A stretch of DNA of 20,000 nucleotides from an uncultured virus (IMG/VR IMGVR_UViG_3300044617_002354) (Duplodnaviria; Heunggongvirae; Uroviricota; Caudoviricetes): the IMG/VR virus record IMGVR_UViG_3300044617_002354. One strand, written 5' to 3'. Each line of letters starts with the position of its first letter. Position 1 is the first letter of the stretch. The notes below the pieces were generated by a model. It saw only the letters and a list, made by a program, of their open reading frames with translations. It was not told where the DNA came from and made no database searches. Both the position numbers and the translations under genes were made by a program. Shown one piece after another: positions 15,678 to 20,000 of this stretch.

Positions 15678-17969
15678 ATGAGATCAATTAATTCACCCGG
15701 TGTACAAATAACAGAAAGAGATTTCTCTGCTACTCAAGTAGTAGCTGCTGGTACGAATGTTTTCGTAACCGGCTTTGCTGCTGAAGGTCCGACAGATGTT
15801 GTTCTAGATATTACTTCTGTACCTGAACTTGAAAACATTTACGGTAAACCAACAACCCCTGCAGAGCGTTATTTTAATCATACATGCAGACAGGTTTTAA
15901 ACTCTAGAGGTAATTTATTAACGTCACGTTTACCATATGGTACCGAAAGCGGCACTGTTGATGCAGCTTTACAGTATAGTGCGCTTTTATACCCTGTACT
16001 TTCTGCAAATAACACATTTAAATTAGGTGCTCCCACCCATCTTTCATTAAATGAAGATGAGTATAGGTCTATAATGGAAGGAAACTACACCTGGGCTGGA
16101 GCATATACAGCTACAGGTACTTCAACTACAACCACAAGTGTTGTCTCGACCCTCGCAGTGAACTCTACACTTAGTGCAGCTAAGTTAGCAGAAATTGCAA
16201 CAATTGATAGTACTTTCACTGTTGATTTTACAACACCAGGTTTTGCAACATTTACATTTGATCAACCAGTAACAACAACATTTGCTACCGGAGATGTGAA
16301 TTTTAAATACGATACAACCACTAAAACATCTTCCATTACAGGTGGTTTTATTATCGTTAATAAAGCACAGACAATTGTAGACCACACTTACAGTGGTTTT
16401 TATGTCTCGTTAACAGATAACGAGAGAATTGGCCCGAGTACAGATTTTGATTCTATTAACGCTATATATAGCTTGACAGGCACTAACGAGTTTTACAGTA
16501 TACCTGATGTTAAGCTTGCTTTTCCGTTAACCGCTCCTTACAACAACCCAAAAGATTCTATTTCTGAAATTGTAGAGCGTACACAGTCTTATTTCTTCGG
16601 TGACGATTATTATAGAGATAGTGTTCTTTTAAATGTTTTTAAACTTTATAGAAGTAACAACGAACCGCAAAAACTTTCTATGTATCTTGCAGAGACGCAC
16701 GCCGGTTCTTTTGACCAAACAAAGAGAGAGCTTTCAATAACAGGGGCCGGTAAAGTACGTTCTTTTTATTTAGAAGATACTGTAAACGTTAATTCTTCTA
16801 ATATTAAAATCCTTATTAACCCAGAAGTATCTTTTAGAGTTGATTGGACAAGTAAAGAAAGTAATACCCCGCCTCTTAAAGTGAGAGTTGAACCAGAAGC
16901 ACAGGCTGCCTTTGCGTTAGGGGTTTATATGCCTACCTATCTCGAGGTTGTAAATAAAAGACTCGGCAATATTCCCGCTAAACTCATTCGCTCTTTAGAG
17001 TTGATTCAAACAACCGAAACAACACAAGTTGATATCATACCAGACGCTGGTTTGAGTACAATAAACGCTTGGGTCGATCCGATAACTGAGCTTTATGATG
17101 ATGAAACTCGTAGAGACGTGCTAGATATTAATACAGCGATAGATACTGGATGGAGAACAATATATAATATCTTTAATAATTTTGTAACTAACACTCGTAA
17201 AGATTGTGTTTTTATTTCAGATCCTTTAAGAAACATCTTCGTCAACGGGGTTGTTAAAACTATGGGAGTAAAAGGTAGCCAGTTTACTACCGCGATTTAT
17301 ACCCCGCTTAAGAGATCATATATTGACTCGAGTAGTAGTTATTGCACAACTTATGGTAACTGGGTAAAGATTCTTGACCCGGCTACAGATAAATACACTT
17401 GGACCCCGTTCTCTGGGTTTGCAGCAGCTATATATTGTAATACAGACGCATCTGGCCATCCATGGGATGCACCAGCGGGCTTAAATAGAGGAGTTGTTAC
17501 AAACATTAATGATATAGCGTTTAATCCAAATCAGAAACAAAGAGATTATCTTTACACGATAGCGGTTAACCCTGTTGTGTACTTCACAGGAGATGGATAC
17601 ACGGTTTACGGGCAAAAAACACTACAAACTAAGCCATCAGCGTTTGATAGATTAAACGTCAGACGTTTATTCTTAGCTCTCGAAAGAGCTACAGTAAGTG
17701 TTGCAAAATATTTTGTATTTGAACCAAATACAGAGATCACTCGTAGCAGATTCAGAAATACCTTAACACCTATTTTTGAATTAGCTAAACAAACTCAAGG
17801 TTTATATGACTACTTAATTGTTTGTGATGATCGAAACAACACACCTGCTAACATTGATAGTAACGAATTAGTAGTAGATATATACATCAAACCAGTACGC
17901 ACTGCGGAGTTTATTTTAATTAACTTTATCGCAACACGTACAAGTCAAAACTTCCAAGAATTAATCTAA
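15678..17969 (+). CDS. gp18: Contractile tail sheath protein, T4 gp18-like
   Basis: N-terminal SPGVQITERD...GP...YGKP; C-terminal PWDAPAGLNRG, QRDYLY..AVNPV, YGQKTL...SAFDRLNVRRLF, FEPN, VCDDRNNTP, YIKPVRTAEFI. Confidence 0.97.
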   Translation: MRSINSPGVQITERDFSATQVVAAGTNVFVTGFAAEGPTDVVLDITSVPELENIYGKPTTPAERYFNHTCRQVLNSRGNLLTSRLPYGTESGTVDAALQYSALLYPVLSANNTFKLGAPTHLSLNEDEYRSIMEGNYTWAGAYTATGTSTTTTSVVSTLAVNSTLSAAKLAEIATIDSTFTVDFTTPGFATFTFDQPVTTTFATGDVNFKYDTTTKTSSITGGFIIVNKAQTIVDHTYSGFYVSLTDNERIGPSTDFDSINAIYSLTGTNEFYSIPDVKLAFPLTAPYNNPKDSISEIVERTQSYFFGDDYYRDSVLLNVFKLYRSNNEPQKLSMYLAETHAGSFDQTKRELSITGAGKVRSFYLEDTVNVNSSNIKILINPEVSFRVDWTSKESNTPPLKVRVEPEAQAAFALGVYMPTYLEVVNKRLGNIPAKLIRSLELIQTTETTQVDIIPDAGLSTINAWVDPITELYDDETRRDVLDINTAIDTGWRTIYNIFNNFVTNTRKDCVFISDPLRNIFVNGVVKTMGVKGSQFTTAIYTPLKRSYIDSSSSYCTTYGNWVKILDPATDKYTWTPFSGFAAAIYCNTDASGHPWDAPAGLNRGVVTNINDIAFNPNQKQRDYLYTIAVNPVVYFTGDGYTVYGQKTLQTKPSAFDRLNVRRLFLALERATVSVAKYFVFEPNTEITRSRFRNTLTPIFELAKQTQGLYDYLIVCDDRNNTPANIDSNELVVDIYIKPVRTAEFILINFIATRTSQNFQELI

Positions 17970-17977
17970 CAATTAAC

Positions 17978-17985
17978 AATAAATA
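17978..17985 (+). promoter_or_regulatory. T4-type late promoter for the tail tube gene
   Basis: AATAAATA (7/8 match) in the intergenic gap, 5 nt before ATG 17991. Confidence 0.6.
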
Positions 17986-17990
17986 ACTTT

Positions 17991-18536
17991 ATGGCAAATC
18001 AAGACATATCAGATTTTTATCAACAGTCCTACGAGCAAGACTTTGCAAGACTATTTCAGTTTCGTCTAGAGAGTTTCCCTGGCATAGGAGATGATGACGC
18101 AAAATTAATTTTTGTAGAGTCTCTAAACTTACCAGGTAGAGCGATCAATAATATACCTGTACCCTTTATGGGGTTACAGTTCAATGTACCAGGCACCGCC
18201 CAGTACCCTGGTTCAGATTCCTGGCAAGTCACATTTAGATGTGATGCTGCATATGATATACGTGCTTTACTTGAAAATGAAACAGCTCGTATTTTCAATG
18301 ATATAAGCTCAGGTGGTGAATACACTATACCTAAACCAGAAAAAGCTATGGTACTTAATTTGCTTGGCTCTGATTTTTCTACAAAAAGACAATATAAGTT
18401 TTTAGGTACGTATGTTGTCTCTATGGGAGAAGTTTCTTATGATATCGGTGATGGCGGCAACATAGTTAAAATACCAGTCACACTTGCATATCAGTATTGG
18501 AGAGTAACAAAAGGGGTATCTGACCTCAGCGAATAA
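17991..18536 (+). CDS. gp19: Tail tube protein, T4 gp19-like
   Basis: ARLFQF, SLNLPGR, VPFMG...VPG...WQVTF, YKFLG, VTLAYQYW; directly after the sheath gene. Confidence 0.9.
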   Translation: MANQDISDFYQQSYEQDFARLFQFRLESFPGIGDDDAKLIFVESLNLPGRAINNIPVPFMGLQFNVPGTAQYPGSDSWQVTFRCDAAYDIRALLENETARIFNDISSGGEYTIPKPEKAMVLNLLGSDFSTKRQYKFLGTYVVSMGEVSYDIGDGGNIVKIPVTLAYQYWRVTKGVSDLSE

Positions 18537-18570
18537 TTAAATAAAACTTAGTACTAAACAGCTTCTGTTG

Positions 18571-18578
18571 TATAAATA
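18571..18578 (+). promoter_or_regulatory. T4-type late promoter
   Basis: Exact intergenic TATAAATA, 5 nt before ATG 18584. Confidence 0.7.
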
Positions 18579-18583
18579 TACAT

Positions 18584-19357
18584 ATGACAGAAGCTGTTTC
18601 CCCGTTTGGTGGTAGAATACCGTATTTTTTGAGTCAGGTACTCGGTACGCCTGCAGGCAGTATACCTAAAGGCGCACAGTGGATTTTATCTTTTGATGGT
18701 ATTTACGGAGAAACTCAAACTAACGGTAGTACGGGTAAAATTGTGCCCATAGAAGCTATTAAAAAAGGTACACTCTATGAGCCTGGTAAATGGTCTATTG
18801 ATTCTAGCATCGATATTACGTTACAGGAAAAATATCAAACTGCAAAAGGATGTATGTTTGCACAAGCGATTCAAATACCCGGAGAAGGGGTTAATGTAAA
18901 CACTGAAGGAGTATCATACAATGGGTTTATACGTTCTCAAGTTGGTGCAGGTAGAACTGATCAAAATTTAGTTCAAATATCTTTTTTAGATACAAATATT
19001 AGTTTTGTTGATAATACAATACGCGCTTGGACAATTGCAACAAGTCATTTAGGTATGATTGCTCGAACTGGCCCTGATAACTATAGAGGTAATATTAGTG
19101 CATATAAACTCGGAGTTAATTCTCCAAACGAACCCCCGTTTGTAACTCAACATTATAAGTTTTACGGGGTTTGCCCAATTGCTATTACTAATGAAGAGTG
19201 GAATTATTCAAAAGATATTTCGTTTCGCCCACGAGAAGTTACTTTTGCATATCATTATTATAATTTAGATACTGTAACTGGTAATAAATTTATTGAGTTA
19301 GCTACAACCAATGAAGCGGTTGTTAATACAACAAATAGTAGCAATCAAGAAAATTAA
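18584..19357 (+). CDS. Tail-tube-fold baseplate protein (gp54 tube initiator-like)
   Basis: FAQAIQIPGE...ISFLDT...IRAW...YKFYGVCPIAI...NY...VTFAYHYY follows the gp19/gp48/gp54 fold pattern. Confidence 0.65.
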   Translation: MTEAVSPFGGRIPYFLSQVLGTPAGSIPKGAQWILSFDGIYGETQTNGSTGKIVPIEAIKKGTLYEPGKWSIDSSIDITLQEKYQTAKGCMFAQAIQIPGEGVNVNTEGVSYNGFIRSQVGAGRTDQNLVQISFLDTNISFVDNTIRAWTIATSHLGMIARTGPDNYRGNISAYKLGVNSPNEPPFVTQHYKFYGVCPIAITNEEWNYSKDISFRPREVTFAYHYYNLDTVTGNKFIELATTNEAVVNTTNSSNQEN

Positions 19358-19402
19358 TTCTTTGAAAATTGGTTTTATAAAAAAAGTTAGGGGGTTTAAA
19401 AA

Positions 19403-20000
19403 ATGATTAACTTTATAAAAAAAATTACACTCTTTAACGAGGATGTTGTTATTAAAGAATATACTTTAAAAGAGTATAAAACTCTTCTTAAAAAATTATT
19501 ATCTATAAAAAAATCTCCTTTAGAAACATTTAACTTTTTAAAGGATTTTTTAGTAGAAAAAACAAACCTTGAAACAAATAAAATTAATAGTTTAGACTTT
19601 ATAGATTTTTTCTTGCTTTTGTTTCACATACGTTGTACAAGTTCAGCGAATATTATTAAGGCGGAAACAGTTGTTAATGAAAAAAAAGTTAATTTAAAAC
19701 TTAATATAAACGATTTTATATTGTTTTTAAGTTCTATAGATAAAACTCAAATCCTAATACCAGAAAATATAGAAAAAACTACCACAATTTACTATACCTT
19801 ACCTACTATATTAGATATTTTTAATTCTGATGATACAACAATTTTATATTACTTTATTGATTCCATAAAAGTGAATGAACGAGTTTTTGAATTTAAAAAT
19901 CATAGTCTTGAAGAGAGAAAAATACTTTACAGTAAATTACCTTTAAAAATCGTACATAATATTAAAAAAAGAGTATATAGTATTATTGATTTTTTTAACA
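19403..20000 (+). CDS. Baseplate hub protein, T4 gp26-like; truncated by the window end and absent from the ORF track
   Basis: Manual translation from ATG 19403 (after AGGGGG) stays open to the end: MINFIKKITLFNEDVVIKEYTLKEYKTLL...SLDFIDFFLLLFHIRCTSSANII...YTLPTILD...FIDSIKVNERVF...EERKILYSKLP, which resembles the gp26 family pattern. Confidence 0.65.
   Translation, partial: MINFIKKITLFNEDVVIKEYTLKEYKTLLKKLLSIKKSPLETFNFLKDFLVEKTNLETNKINSLDFIDFFLLLFHIRCTSSANIIKAETVVNEKKVNLKLNINDFILFLSSIDKTQILIPENIEKTTTIYYTLPTILDIFNSDDTTILYYFIDSIKVNERVFEFKNHSLEERKILYSKLPLKIVHNIKKRVYSIIDFFN

Noticed and set aside
1398..18325. All short minus-strand ORFs in the track (1398-1586, 2611-2862, 3527-3766, 6328-6582, 6664-6855, 7336-7521, 10070-10279, 13686-13934, 16185-16385, 18056-18325)
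   Set aside because: They lie antisense within well-supported genes, are short and show no motifs; shadow ORFs.
1..20000. CRISPR arrays, tRNAs, preQ1 riboswitch, alternative genetic code
   Set aside because: All intergenic gaps are about 100 nt or shorter with no repeat-spacer or cloverleaf pattern, queF has no leader, and genes are full length under the standard code using TAA, TGA and TAG stops.

Overview
Low-GC fragment of a large T4-like (myovirus) phage genome with every credible gene on the + strand. The left part is a replication and nucleotide-metabolism block: a partial glycosyltransferase, family B DNA polymerase (gp43-like), UvsX, gp41 helicase, a gp59-like candidate, gp32 SSB, FolE and a gp45-like clamp. 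The right part is a late morphogenesis block: gp17 terminase, gp3 tail completion protein, gp18 sheath, gp19 tube, a gp54/gp19-like protein and a partial gp26-like hub. The standout is a four-gene cassette directly after the polymerase, coupled by 4-bp overlaps: a compact TGT-fold transglycosylase (DpdA-like), a PurN-like formyltransferase (DpdN-like), a P-loop nucleotide kinase and QueF. With FolE, this predicts replacement of genomic guanine by a formylated 7-deazaguanine (fdPreQ1), plausibly made as a nucleotide before replication. Two promoter patterns recur: sigma70-like TTG...-N16-TAnAAT with an invariant 16-bp spacer, and a T4 late-type (T/A)ATAAATA box exactly 5 nt before ATG, suggesting near-leaderless mRNAs. 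All calls come from motif recognition by eye; no database search was run.
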